Below are positions 24,563 through 38,490 of a stretch of 64,000 nt of DNA, piece after piece (positions within the stretch are counted from its first letter, which is position 1; the number at the start of each line of letters is the position of its first letter). The notes beneath the pieces were generated by a model that saw only the letters and a program-made list of their open reading frames with translations, did not search any database and was not told where the DNA came from. The position numbers and the translations under genes were made by a program. Origin of the DNA: Malacoraja senta (taxonomy: Eukaryota); the NCBI GenBank assembly GCA_038087875.1, contig CM075987.1, forward strand, positions 24,988,001 through 25,052,000. The letters are read 5' to 3'.

Positions 24563-26039
24563 GAACAGTGGGCAGGAAGAAACTGCAAAAACTACTGTCA
24601 ACTCAAAATGCTGGAGTAACTCAGCGGGTCAGGCAGCATCTCTGGAGAAAAAGGAATGGGTGAATGTTTTTGGGTTGGAACCTTCTTCATACTGCATGTA
24701 TGGGTTCCGACCCGAAATGTCACCCATTCCTTTTCTCCGGAGATGCTGCTTGACCCACTGAGTTACTCCAGCCCTGTGTGCCGTCGAACAGTACACTGGA
24801 ACAGAAAAGGCCTGTCCACCCACAATGTCTGTGCTGAACATGGTGTCAAGGCAAACCAATCTCATTCAATGATTCAATTCAATGATTCAACGATACATAA
24901 TTGTTCAAATGTACCGAGGTACGGTGAAATGATTTGGTTTGCGTACAACCTGGCACAATCCTACAGCAGACCTCAGGTAGGCAGAACACAAGTGTCGCCC
25001 ACGTTTCTGGCAACGACAAAGTTACAAAAGTTCAAAGAGTTTCCATTAGTGGGAGAGTCGAGAACCAGAGGTCATAGTCTCAGAATTAAAGGACATTCTT
25101 TTTGGAAGGAGATGAGGAGAAATTTCTTTAGTCAGAGGGTGGTGAATCTGTGGACTTCTTTGCCACAGAAGGCTGTGGAGGCCAAGTCAGTGGATATTTT
25201 TTACGGCAGAGATAGATAGATTCTTGATTAGCACGGGTGTCAGGGGTTATGGGGAGAAGGCAGGAGAAAGGGGTTAGGAGGGAGAGATATAGATCAGCCA
25301 TGATTGAATGGCGGAGCAGACTTGATGGGCCAAATGGCCTAATTCTACTCCTATCCCTTATGACCTTATGAACAGTCCTATCTTCTGCCAGCCAAGTCCC
25401 CTATCATTCTCGGGGCCCCCATTTGTTCTCGGTGACCCTTCCAACCCCCTTGCTAGGTCCCCCCTTCGTTCTTGATGGCCCACCACCGCCAGGTAGTTCT
25501 CGCTGGCCCACCTGGCCCTCATCTACTGCTTGTGATCCACTCCCTCCTCAATGGGATCAGTATTTGACATCAAAAACCAAAACATGCTGCAGCCAGGATC
25601 CTTCATCAACATCTGGCTTTTTTTTTGGTTTGATTTTCAATATTTGATCTGGAGAAGAGTGATCAAAAAGAAGAGTCCCAACGTGAAATGTCACCTCACC
25701 ATGTCCTCCATAGCTGCTGCCTGATCCGCTGAGTTATTCCAGCACTTTGCTTTCTTGCACATCCCTGCATCCCTCCCGTTGTCACCTCTTCCCCAGCCAA
25801 CATTGGGCCAATATGGGCCCAATCCTTCCTTGGCCATCTGTTGCTGTCCCTGATCTGTTCTGGCCTTTTCTTACCTCCAGTTTCCACTCCCCCTCCCCTG
25901 CCCCTATTTTCAGTCTGAAGAAGGGTTCCGACCCAAATCGTCACCCATCCTTTTTCTCCGGAGATGCTGCCTGACCCACTGAGTTACTCGAGGCCTGTGT
26001 GCCCGCTGAGTTTCTCCAGCACTTTGTGTCTATTTCCCA

Positions 26040-26310
26040 ACGTCTATACTCAGTACTCTGACACACGAATGCCAATACGTCAAAAGCCTTTTTGACCTCT
26101 CTATCGACCTGCGACACAACTTTCAAGGAAATATGTACCTGCACGCCAGCATCCCTCTGCTCTACAACACTCCCCAGAGCCCTGCCATTCACTGCATAGG
26201 TCCTGCCCTGGTTAGACTTGCCGAAATGCAACACATCACATTTCTCTGCATTAAATTCCATCAACCATTCCTCGGCCCACCTGCCCAACCGATCAAGATC
26301 CTGCTGCGAT
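26040..26310 (-). mobile_element. CR1 RT internal fragment
   Basis: WAEEWLMEFNAEKCDVLHFG...EQRDAGVQVH. Confidence 0.85.
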
Positions 26311-28101
26311 TTTTGACTTGTAATATAATCCCTACAAAAGACACAAAGCGCTGGAGGAACTCAACGGGTCAGGCGGCATCTCTGGAGAACACGGACGGTT
26401 GACATTTCAAGTCGGGGCCCTTCTTCAGGAAACGTGCCGGGCCCGCTGAGTTAACTCCAGCGCTTTGCGTCCTTTCATTTAGCAAACCACCAGCTGCAGT
26501 TCTTGTTTCGATATAATCCCAAAGTCTGGCAGGTATCAAGAAGCAGGATCTGCAAAGGTCACAGGATTTGTGGCTGTTTCACACAGCAACAAGAATGTTA
26601 TGAGATTGCTTCAGGGTGATTTAGTCTCTCAAGATGGCGGAATATAAATAGAGCGCTGTTCAAGAAGATCAAACAGCGGCCATAAAGGGAGGAAAAAAAT
26701 GTGCACACCTGCGCGATACTGACTCAGCTCACAATTAATCACCAAACTCACAGAAAAAATTGAAAAACCAGCCAAAGCAATACTGCTTCTCCAAAAAAAA
26801 ACTAATTTCAATGCTGCAGCCGTTGATACAAATTACACATGATTAATTATTGCTGAATTAAATTTAGATTGGCAAGGTTCTTTTGCAATCTGATCACCAC
26901 GTTTGTTTTATGTAGCCCTCAAGGATGATTGGAAAATCATGAAACGATTTGTAATGCAAAGCTGATCTGAAAGTCAAAACGTGTTATTAATTGGACATTT
27001 GCAATTTTCATGGGCTGTTTGACAAGTCAGGTTCAGTGCAACACAGTTAATATCACCATTAATGTTAATCATTTGCAGAAATAAAAAAGGATTTAGTTCA
27101 TGCGGCTCACAATAGCTCTGTTTGTGATGCGGAAACTTAACAAAGAAGGTAATAACTTGGTTGTTCGGAGTCCCCTGTTGAAAAATGTCACGTTTGACTT
27201 ATCTCTGCCGCAGGCGTCACATAGATATTGGGATGTAGTCTGTTTTAACTGGCTTAAAGTAAGCATTTCCAGCAGTCCAAACAAGCCCCCGGCCACTTCA
27301 GTACAAGAGCAATTAATTCCAAAGTATTAGGATTATACAGCCCTCCCTCTGAGGTGAAACAGTGGAAACAAAATCACACTCACAATCGGGACCGTACTTC
27401 ATTCTCTTTGGTTTGTCCAAAACAGGTGCTGCCACAACAGAGAAGCAAGCGCGCTGTCAACTCTTGTCGCTGCATCCCACGTCACCTGAGGTTTCATGCA
27501 AAGCCCCAGCCTCTCCTGCCGTGCACAGAGAAACAATCTCGGAGGAGCAGCAAGGGTCACGGGCTGTGCAGCTCTGTAACGCGGGGAATGTCAATGGATG
27601 AGATTGCTCCAGGGCTATCTATCCACAGCCTCCCTCAAGGGGCTGGATACAAATCGGTGGACGTAAAAGTCACAGTTTTGCTCAAGAGTCAAGAGTGTTT
27701 TATTGTCATGTGTCCCAGATAGAACAATGACATTCTTACTTGCTGCAGCACAACAGAATATGCAAACATAGTACACGGTAAACAATATAATAAACGAGAA
27801 ATAAAAAGTAGAATATGTGTATATACATATATATTATATACATTATCTACACTATATATAGTATATATATATGTGTGTGTGTGTGGTCATATATATTGCA
27901 TACATATATATTACACGCGTACACACACACATATATATATTATATATTTATATATGTGATATATTTGGCAAGTCTAGCAAGGGCATAGTATATATATATA
28001 GTATATATAGATCCCTCTGCATTACGACACTTTCCAGAGCCCTACCATTCACTGTTTAGGTCCTGCCCTTGCTAGACTTGCCAAATATATCGTGTATATA
28101 A

Positions 28102-28225
<124 letters not shown>

Positions 28226-28348
28226 CTCACATATATATACATGGTATACACACACATGTATACAGTCTGAAGCAGGGTCTCGACCTGATACGTCATCCAT
28301 ACCTTCTATCCAGAGATGCTGCCTGTCCTGCTGCGTTACTCCAGCATT

Positions 28349-28380
<32 letters not shown>

Positions 28381-28381
<1 letters not shown>

Positions 28382-31363
28382 TTGAATTTGAATTTGAATC
28401 TCTTTATTGTCATTGCACTATGGTAGAACAAAATTTAAAAGTCAATCCCACGGTGCCATTCACAAGAGCAATTTTAAATATATAAGAAAAGTTAAAAATA
28501 TATACATATAAAAAGAAAAAATACAGCTAACTAACAATAGCAGCTGAGGTGGAACCATTCAGTTGAATGTGAGTGTTATTTCTTATTTAGCATAGTTAAG
28601 TTCACGTATGGCTATGGGGTCGAAGCTGTCTCTGAGTCTGTTTGTGCGAGTTTTGAAAGACCTGTACCGTCTGCCAGAGGGCAGCAGGTGGAACAGGTTG
28701 TGTCCAGGGTGGGAAGGGTCCTTCAGGATGTTGGCTGCCCTGCCAAGGCAGCGAGAGCTGAAGATGTCCTTCAGGGAGGGCAGTGGGCAGCCAGTGATTT
28801 TTTTGTGCGGCGTTGATGACCCTTTGAAGGGCTCTCCTGTCCGGAAGGGCTCTCCTGTCCGCTGCAGAGCAGCTGGCATACCATGTGGTTATACAGTAAG
28901 CCAGCACACTCTCGATGGAGCAGCGGTAGAAGGACACCAGCAGCTTCTCCTCCAGGTTGTTTTTCCTGAGGATCCTCAGAAAGTAGAGTCGCTGCTGGGC
29001 CTTCTTGACTGCTGTGGTGGTGTTTGTAGTCCAGGAGAGATCCTCCGTAATTTGTGTGCCCAGGAATCTGAAGTCTGAGACCCTTTCCACACAGTCCCCA
29101 TTGATGAATAGGGGTTTGGGTGACTGCACTGTTCTTACGAAGTCTATGATAATTTCCTTTGTTTTTGTGGTGTTTAGGATGAGGTTGTTGTCTGAACACC
29201 ATGCTGCCAGTCTTTGGACTTCCTCCCTGTAGGCTGTCTCATCTCCTCCTGAGATACGTCCAACCACAGTCGTGTCGTCCGCAAACTTGACGATGGTGTC
29301 AGTGGAGTGGGCGGGGGCACAATCGTGGGTGTAGAGGGCGTAGAGAGGGGGCTCAACACACAGCCCTGTGGGGAGCCGGTGCTGAGTGTGATGGGGAGGT
29401 GATGGCCCAGTCTGACGGTCTGGGGGCGGTTAGACAGAAAGTCCTTGATCCAGAGGCAGATGGGTTGGGAGAGTCCTAATCCATGAGTTTGGTGACCAGT
29501 CTGCTGGGGATGATCGTATTGAAGGCGGAGCTAAAGTCAATGAAAAGCATCCTCACATAGCTCCCCTGGTGTTCGAGGTGGGTCAGTGCAGTGTGAAGAG
29601 CAGTGGTGATGGCATCCTCAGTGGACCTATTTGCTCTGTAGGCAAACTGGTGTGGATCGAAGGTGGGCGGGAGGCTGGCCTTGATGTGCTGCTGGACCTG
29701 CCTCTCGAAACACTTCATGATGACTGGTGTGAGAGCGACCGGTCGGTAGTCGTTAAGGCCGCTGATAACAGGCTTTGTTGGTAGTGGGATGATTGTGCAG
29801 ACTTCATCTGGTAGTGGGATGATGGATTTGGACAGGGACAGGTTGAAGATTTTCGTGAAGACCTCGGAGAGCTGGTCTGCACATTCCTTCAGAACCCTTC
29901 CTGTCACGCCATCCGGGCCGGCAGCCTTTTCGTCGGGTTCACCGCCCTGAGCACCCGCCTCACTTCATGCTCCTGCACAGTGAGGGTGCAGTTGTTGTTG
30001 TTGGGGGCTGGTGGGAGAATGGTGACGAGCTCTTCTGGTTCTGCCTCGAAGCGAGCAAAGAAGCAGTTCAGCTCCTCTGCCAGTGAGGCGTCGCCGTCGG
30101 CCGTCGTGCTGTAGTTGGTGATGTGCTGGATGCCCTGCCACACCCGCCGTGGATCGTTGTTGTTAAAGTGGTCCTCTATCTTCCTCTTGTGGGCCGCTTT
30201 GGCATCCCTGATGCCTTTCTTCAGGTTGGCTCTAGCAGCGCTGTACAGGGCTCTGTCGCCAGACCTGAAGGCGGTTGGTGTTGCGGTCCTTGAGGAGAGT
30301 TTGGACCTCTTTTGTCATCCACGGCTTCTGGTTGGGGTACACCCGGGTGAGTTTGTCGACGGTGACGTTGTCAACACAGTTCTGGATGTAAAAGAGTACC
30401 GTGGATGTGTACTCCTCCCAGTCCTGATTTCCAAAAATGTCCCAGTTTGTCCTTTCAAAGCAGTCCTGTAGTCCTGGTTGCACATTTGATGCGTTGTTCA
30501 AACTTGGGGAGAACTGATTTTAAGTCTGCGTGATTGAAATCACCAGCTATGATATGGGCTGCTTTGGGGTAGGTGTTCTCTTGTTTTACTGATAGCGCTA
30601 TGGAGGTATCCTAGGGCTATGCTAGCATTAGCATCCGGTGGCATATAGACAGCTGTAACTATGACCACGGTAAACTCACGTGGAAGGTAGAAAGGCCTGC
30701 ATCTAACTATCAGGTACTCCAAATCAGCAGAACAGTGTCTGTCTATGATTGTGGAATTTGTGCACCAGTTGTTGTGTACGTAGATGCATAACCCCCCTCC
30801 TTTGCTCTTACCGGAGTCTTTGTTTCTATCCCAGCGAAATGCTGTGCGGCCTGCTAGCTCAATGGCTCCGTCCGGTACAAGTGCGTGTAGCCACGTCTCT
30901 GTTATTAGCAGAATGCAACTGTCCGCGATGAATTTGTTTCCGGCGACCTGTAGTCTTAGTTCGTCCATTTTGTTGGTGATAGATCTGGCGTTGGTGAGAA
31001 TGATGCTGGGTAGCGGTGGTTTATGTGGTTGTTGCCTTAGCCTAGCGAGTAGTCCGGACCGGCGACCGCGCTTTTGCTTCCTGTGCCTCCTCCGTCTCCG
31101 GCGTTTGCTGGGGCCGACAACAATCCACGGAGAGCCCGGTGTCCTGGCTATCTCCTCCGGTATGTTGCATGAATGCAGAACACCACACACTTAACTGCCT
31201 GTTTACACTGTAATCCGATAATCAGAAGATCCTGTCGGCTGAAGTTGAGATTCGCACGACAAAACGTAACATTGTCAAACAGACATACAAAAAAAAACAC
31301 ACGAATAAAAGCACCGAAAGGGAGAGCTTCGAGCCGCTGCGACTGTGCGTGCTGCTATCTTGG
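28381..31363 (-). mobile_element. Rex/Babar-clade LINE, apparently full length, frameshifted
   Basis: ORF pieces: RKQKRGRRSG...LPSIILTNARSITNKMDEL, ITETWL (endonuclease); [26 protein letters not shown] (RT); KKAQQRLYFLR, RTNRLRDSF (C-terminus). 3' end AATGACAATAAA plus (ATTCAA)n tail. Flanked by (TA)n on both sides. Confidence 0.92.
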
Positions 31364-32209
31364 ATATATATATATATATATACACATACATGCATATATA
31401 TATATATACACACACACACATACATACATATATACACACACACACACACACACGTACGTACGTACACATAAAAACCAACAAACAATAATAGTATAAAAAG
31501 ACATAGTTCAGAGTTTATTTGGAGGTTGTAGTGTTTAATAGCCTGATGGCTGTAGGGAAGAAGCTGTTCCTGAACCTGGACGTTACAGTTTCCAGGCTCC
31601 TGATGGCAGGGGTGAAATGAGTGTGTGGCCAGGGTGGTGTTGGTCTCTGATGATGCTGGCTGCCTTGTTGAGGCAGCGACTCCTGCAAGCCCCCTTCGAT
31701 GGTGGAGAGGTCAGAAGCCGCAGGGGTCACCACTTTCTGCACTCAGTGTTCTGACTCGCAGTGGAAGATTATTGTGAACGTCTAATGTTTTTTCTTTCAT
31801 GTACCAGGTTGGCATCAACGTTTCGTCTCGCTCCCTGTCAGTTGCACATACCCTTTGTGGAGGTGGAAATAAGCAGTCTCTGTGGTTTTGAAAATCCTCC
31901 TCAAAAGCTGGTGAAAGCAGATCCATTGTGAAACACAGCAGCTGTCCCCCAGAGACAATCTGTCACAAGACCGAACAGAAAAGGAATATTCCTTCAGGTA
32001 AATTCTCAATGGAAAAGAATGAATCCAAGAAATGCTGTTTCCAACGCCAAATATGGAAATTCTTGTCAAAGAAATGTAGTCAGGAGTGGCCTTGTAGGAG
32101 CACAAAGGATGTTGTTATCTTTCTTTGTGTCAGTACAAATGGATCAACACCAACCCCGGCATCTCCTCAACAATGCGCTTTTTCCATAACTTTAGAATAA
32201 CACTCAACA

Positions 32210-32480
32210 GGGCGGCACGGTGGTGCAGCGCCAGAGACCCAGGTTCGATCCTGACTACGGGTGCTCTCTGTACAGAGTTTGTACGTTCTCCCCGTGGGTT
32301 TTTCCCCGGGTGCTCTGGTTTCCTCCCACACTCCAAAGACGTACAGGTTTGCAGGCTGATTGGCTTGGTGTAATTGTAAATTATCCTTGGTGTGCAGGAT
32401 AGTGTTAGTTTGCGGGGATCGCTGGTCGGCGCGGACTCGGTGGGCTGAAGGGCCTGTTTCGGCTAAACTCCAAACTAAAC
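32210..32480 (+). mobile_element. V-SINE
   Basis: Same consensus. Confidence 0.88.
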
Positions 32481-33204
32481 TTAAAAAACAACCAAAAAAA
32501 CAAAATTAATTGTGGGCTCCCCTTTGGCCTTTCTTGGCGATGTTGTTCACTCACTACTATATTGCACAAGAATCTGAGATAATTTAGTGTTGTGTAACTG
32601 TGTGGGTTCATTTTGCCTGAGGCCTTGAATCCTGTCGCTAAAAAAGGCGAAAAACAAAATGATTGCCTTCTCGTCATGCAGGAAATTCCATTTCTTACCT
32701 ATTAACTCCATCCTTTTCATTACAACCATCAGAGTTGAACCCGGATCTTCAAATGTTAACGTCTCAAAGGATGAGCATATCAATAAGGAACAGGCAAAGG
32801 TCACCTGGCCTCTGAGATTTGACCTGCCATTTAGTAAAGTCTGAGATCTCAATTTTGCATTTTCATCAACCAATGGTAACCTTTTAGCCCCTAGTTTATC
32901 ACGGATCTCTTTATATGTACCTTAAAATTATTCAAAGACACCACTTTCACTATCCTCTGCTGAATTCGTCCATAAGGAGGCTATTAAACTGGAAAGGGTG
33001 CAAGTCATCTGGCTATTAAACACTACAACCTACAATAAGCTTTGAACTACATAGACTTGAGGGCAATCCTTCCTTATAACCTACAGCTTTGACCAAGAAG
33101 TTGTTTCCTGGCACGTTGAGAGGATGTTTCCACAAGTGGGAGAGTCGCGATCTCTCAAGTTCTTTAATTTTCCTTGTTCTTAATCATAAAGCTCTCTACA
33201 GGGG

Positions 33205-33635
33205 AACTGATGAGTGTTTGACGGCACTGAGCCTGGACTCACCGGAGTTTATAAGGATGAGTGGGCACCAAATTGAAACTTACCGAATAGTGAGAGGCCT
33301 GGATAGTGGATGTGGAGAGGATGCTTCCACCAGTGGGAGAGTCTAGGACCAAAGGCCATTGTCTCAGAATAAAAGTACCTATCTTAAGAAAGGAGATGAG
33401 GAGGAATTTCTTTAGTCAGAGGGTGGTGAATTTGTGGAATTCATCGCCACTGACGGCTATGGAGGCAGTGTCAATGGATATTTTTAAGGCAGAGATTGAC
33501 AAATTCTTGATTAGTACGGGTGTCAGGGCAAAGGCAGAGGAGAAGGCAGGAGAATGGGGTTGAGAGGGAAAGATAGATCAGCCATGGAGTAGACTTGATG
33601 GGCCAAATGGCCTAATTCTGCTCCTATAACTTATG
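33205..33635 (+). mobile_element. CR1 3' fragment
   Basis: SRTKGHCLRIK...RVVNLWNS. Confidence 0.85.
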
Positions 33636-33727
33636 ACCATATTACACTAATCAAAGGCTCAATATGAGGAGAAGTTGCGATTGTTGGACTGGCCTGGATC
33701 ATTGAATCCAACATTCCCATTGCATCT

Positions 33728-34015
33728 AGTGGCACAGCGGTAGAGTGGCTGCCTCACAGCGCAGGAGACCCGGGCTCGATCCTGACTACGGGGGCCGTCT
33801 GTACGGAGCTTGCCCGATCTCACCGTGAACTGCATTGGTTCTCTCCGGGATCTCCAGTTACCTCCCACAATCCAAAGACGTGCAGGTTTGTACGTTAATT
33901 GGGCTTGGTAGAATGATCAATTGTCCCTATAGTGCTATCGTACAGGTATCGCTGGTCGGCGCAGGCGAGGTGGGCCAAAGGTCCAGTTTCCGCGCTGTAT
34001 CACTGGACTAAACTA
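33728..34015 (+). mobile_element. V-SINE
   Basis: Same consensus. Confidence 0.85.
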
Positions 34016-34653
34016 ATCTCTCAAAACAAAGTATCATACTTTGGAGCAATTTTACCATCGCTCCTCTTAAGAACAAATGCATTGCTCATTACTATTCACC
34101 CCTATGACAGCAATGATACATTTCCTCACCTTATGCCCCAGAGGGTGCATGATTAGATGCACTGGCCCATGCAAATCGCTAATGAGTAATAGTAATCACT
34201 TTTGCAGCTAAGATTTCAAATTAAATCCTGCAATTACTCTCCACTGTCAGGTAAACTGTGTAATATTTACCGGAGACTTAAAGAACAACAAATTATCCCG
34301 CAGAATCTGGTAAACAAGGTCGAACATTACCATCGCAATTAAATCCCAACCTATATATGCACAAAAAAGTGACAAGAGACCTTATTTATTCTTATTTATT
34401 CGTTAGGTAATGCAACAATATGCACACAACACTGGCATTTCTAATTACTGAGAGACGCAAGAAAATCAAGCCAACTTGGTGCTAATCGAAGACAACTGTC
34501 TCTCCAACTCCAAAGACAACTGAGCCAACAAAATAATGTCCTTGTCTTTTGCAAATGATTCAACATGTCTGGTCTATAACCCTTGCATAAGTTCATAAGT
34601 GAAAGGAGCCGAATTAGGCCATTCGGCCCATCAGGTCTACTCCGCGATTTAAT

Positions 34654-35451
34654 CCGGAAGTGGCGGCGCTGCCTGCAGTCCGTCTGTCTTTTCTTTTTTT
34701 GTTTTTCTTTTGTCCTGTTGGACGTATGTTTTAGTTTGTTTTAGTTGTGTATGTGTGGGGGGGGTGGGGGGGGGAGAAACTTGTTTTTAGTCTCTTCCTT
34801 CGGGGGGGAATGCGACTTTTTCTTGGTCGTATCTCCGTCTCCGTCTGCGCTGAGGCCTATTCGCGGAGCTGGCGGCCTCCAACTGGGACCGACCTCGAGG
34901 CTCCGGAGGCAGAGGCAGGACTCACCATCGCGATGGCTGGCCGACTTCGGGGCTGTGGTGGCGCTGCAGCGGCGGCCCGACTCCGGAGCATCGGAGCTTT
35001 CGGCCACGGGCCCAGTGGGCAACAACGTGGGATCCTCGCAGGTCCCAGGTTGGTGACCGGTTCTCCGGAGCGCCTGCAACAACAGCTTCGATCGCTGGAC
35101 TGGAGGGTGGCAGCTTTGTCCGCCCCCCGGGCCGCGGAGTTTGAATCGGCCCGTTCGCGGAGCTCGGATTCGGCCGCGGGACTTACCATCACCCGGCAGG
35201 GGGGGGGCCCAACATGGAAAGCCTGGATTGCCTCAATGCAGAGGGAGAACAAGGAGGGAAGAGACAAGGACTTTAAGACTTTTGCCTTCCATCACAGTGA
35301 GGAGGTGCCTGGTAGACTCACTGTGGTGGATGTTAAACTGTGTTCATTGTGTGTTCTGTTATTTTATTCTCTGTATGGCTGCAAGGTACGCAATTTCGTT
35401 CAAACTGGAGACAGTTTGAATGACAATAAAGGATATTTTTACTTTACTTTA
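34654..35451 (+). mobile_element. GC-rich non-autonomous retroposon with Rex-type 3' end
   Basis: Interrupts a CR1 tail. 5' box ctgcagtccgtctgtctttt, G-run, CpG-rich body, tgccttccatcacag hairpin, and 3' aatttcgtt-hairpin-aatgacaataaa plus microsatellite. Confidence 0.75.
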
Positions 35452-35549
35452 TTGTGGCTGATCTATCTCCTCCTCCCAACCCATTCTCCTGCCTGAAAAG
35501 GAATAGGTAACATTTTGGGTTGAAATCGTTCTTCAGATAGGGCCAATAA

Positions 35550-35970
35550 CCTCTAGAATTTAGGAGATTGAGAGGGGATCTTATAGAAACGTACAAAATT
35601 TCCTATGGGGTTGGACAGGCTAGATGCAGGAAGATTGTTCCCGATGTTGGGGAAGTCCAGGACAAGGGGTCACAGCTTAAGGATAAGGGGGAAATCCTTT
35701 AAGACCGAGATGAGGAAAAACTTTTTCACACAAGAGAGTGGTGAATCTCTGGAACTCTCTGCCACAGAGGGTAGTTGAGGCCAGTTCATTGGCTATATTT
35801 AAGAGGGAGTTAGATGTGGCCCTTGTGGCTAAAGCGATCAGGGGGTATGGAGAGAAGGCAGGTACGGGATACTGAGTTGGATGATCAGCCATGATCATAT
35901 TGAATGGCGGTGCAGGCTCGAAGGGCCGAATGGCCTACTCCTGCACCTATTTTCTATGTATCTATGTATG
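35550..35970 (+). mobile_element. CR1 3' fragment, near-identical to the 3' end of the young CR1 at 13895-14310
   Basis: Sequence matches the reverse complement of 13895-14310 with few differences. Confidence 0.9.
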
Positions 35971-36027
35971 TAAGGTGATTGGTCATTGATCTGTTACTCT
36001 AACTCTGTTGTCCACTCTGCAAATTGA

Positions 36028-36320
36028 GTTTAGTTTAGTGATACGGCACGGAAACAAGCCCTCTGTCCCACCAAGTCCACACCACCCAGCGATCCCTCTC
36101 ATTATCCTACACACTAGGGACAATTTAAGATTTTTACCAAAGCCAAATTAACCTCCAAACCTGTACGTCTTTGTAGTATGGAAGGAAACCGGAGCACCCG
36201 GGGAGAACCCACGCGGTCACGGGGTGAACGTGCAAACTCCTTTCAGACAGCGCCCATAGTCAGGGTCAAACTCTGGCGCTGTAAGGCAGCAACACGACGG
36301 CTACACCACCCTGCCGCCCG
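36028..36320 (-). mobile_element. V-SINE
   Basis: Same consensus. Confidence 0.85.
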
Positions 36321-37204
36321 GATGTTATCAGACCTGCTGTCATTTCAATGTTTAACTTCAGAACTTATGCTTTTGCACTATTTTGCTTTTATTCTGAACT
36401 TTCAACATGCCTCGGGCAAATTATAAGAAGATAATTAAGATGTCGGGGCTTTGAGTGAATTTCCACTTTAATGTACCAGATACCGCGGACAAGCAAAAAG
36501 CTGAATTTTGAGTTAATCTCATACTTCTGCTTGGCTGCAAACTAAATTAGGGAAGCATGTTTCACATTACATCGACAACGATGATATCACTTGCCTCAAG
36601 CTACAGTAAGCATTGATACTGAGCCTGAGAGCGTGTTCATATCCAAATCCACTGAGCGAGACAGCAAAAAGCAGGCTGTTAGTTGAGCCACGCAGATTGG
36701 AGACTGCTGACACCCCTAACAAAATAGGGGAAGATTTACAGGTGAGAGACAGATGACCTGGTGGCCTGCCATCTCCCCACAGGTCACAATGCACACTTTT
36801 GTTCAATGTTGATTTGTGCACGTTGACGTTTGTATCCTCAGTTTTGATTACGTTAGCTATCACTCACTGGTCATGCAAACGCACACCTCCAGATTCAGGG
36901 ACAGTTTCTTCCCAGCTGTTATCAGGCAACTGAACCGTCCTCCCAACGACTAGAGGACAGCGCAGACTCGGTGGGTATCTGAGTTTTTAAAGAAGGAACT
37001 GCAGATGCTGGAAAATCTAAGGTAGACAAAAGTGCTGGAGAATTCCTAAGATGCTGTTGCACCCGCTGAGTTTCTCCAGCACTTTTGTCTACCTACGGTG
37101 GGTATCTGAGATGCTTATCTAAGATGTATCTAGGTGCTTATGTATACTGACACTTGCACTGAACTGTACAAAAATGAATTTCACTGTACCTCGGTATATA
37201 AATA

Positions 37205-37580
37205 TATCCACTGACTTGGCCTCCACAGCCTTCTGTGGCAATGAATTCCACAGATTCACCACCCTCTGACTAAAGAAATTCTTCCTCATCTCCTACCTAA
37301 AAGGACGCCCTTTCATTCTGAGGTTATGACCTCTAGTCCTAGACTCGCCCACTAGAGGAAACATCCTCTCCACGTCCACTATCCAAGCCTTTCACTATTC
37401 TGTACATTTTTCTAAACTCCAGCGAGTACAGGCTCGGTGCCGACAAACGCTCATCATAGGTTAAACTACTCATTCCTTGGATCATCTTGTAAACCTCCTC
37501 TGGACCCTTTCCAGAGCCAGCACATCCTTCCTCCGATAAGGTCCCAGAATTGCTCACAATATTCCAAATGTGCCTTATAG
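37205..37580 (-). mobile_element. CR1 fragment
   Basis: YDERLSAPSLYSLEFRKM; a further CR1 tail at ~37970-38140. Confidence 0.8.
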
Positions 37581-38191
37581 AGATAGTTGGGGCTGTTCTC
37601 CAATTCTCAAGTTCCAGATTCTTTTCCAAGTGGGAATTGTATCTATTTTCATGGTCATTAAGGTGTGGTCTTATCGAAAGTAGAAACTGCATTGCTTCAC
37701 ACTGAACATCTCCTTGTAAAACTATATTCGGTTTCATCAACAGGTTAAGCCCTTGAGTTTTCCTTTGTTTTTATTCATCAATGCTCTCTCTGCAGGTGAA
37801 ATAATATTTTGTGGTGATTACATCTCTCATGCCTGCTCACAAGCGGAAAATTGCTTCTGAGCAGGTCAGTGAACTCCTTGGGAAAAGAAGCAAACAGCTT
37901 CTAACGTGTACTGGATGGGAGGGAGATTAACTTCTCAGCTCCTGATTCTATTGCAGTAAAAACAGAACATTTAAGGCAGAGATAGATAGATTCTTCATCA
38001 GTACGGGTGTCAGGGGTTATGGAGGGAAGGCAGGAGAATGGTGACCGGAGGGAGAGATACATCAGCCATGATTGAATGGCAGAGTAGACTTGATGGGCCG
38101 AATGGCCTAATTCTGCTCCTATCACTTATGAACTTATGAAAATGCTTGAAATATTCAGTCGATCAGGGAGCATCTGTGAGGAAGGAACCAG

Positions 38192-38490
38192 AGTTTAGTG
38201 TAGTTTAGAGGAACAGGCCCTTCAGCCGCCCGAGTCTGGGCCGACCAGCGATCCCCGCACATTAACACTATCCTACACACACTGGGGACAATTTATACTT
38301 ATACCAAGCCAATTAACCCACAAACCTGTACGTCTTTGGAGTGTGGGAGGAAGCCGAAGATCTAGGAGAAAACCCACGCGGGTCACGGGGAGAACGTTCA
38401 AACTCCGTACAGACGGCACCCAGAGTCGGGATCGAACCCGGGTCTCTGGCGCTGTAAGTCAGCAACTCCACCGCTGCGCCACCGTGCCGT
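38192..38490 (-). mobile_element. V-SINE
   Basis: Same consensus. Confidence 0.88.

Noticed and set aside
34741..35496. Long overlapping ORFs (249 aa here; 295 aa at 48980-49867)
   Set aside because: Low stop frequency in GC-rich retroposon interiors; open in several frames on both strands with no domain.
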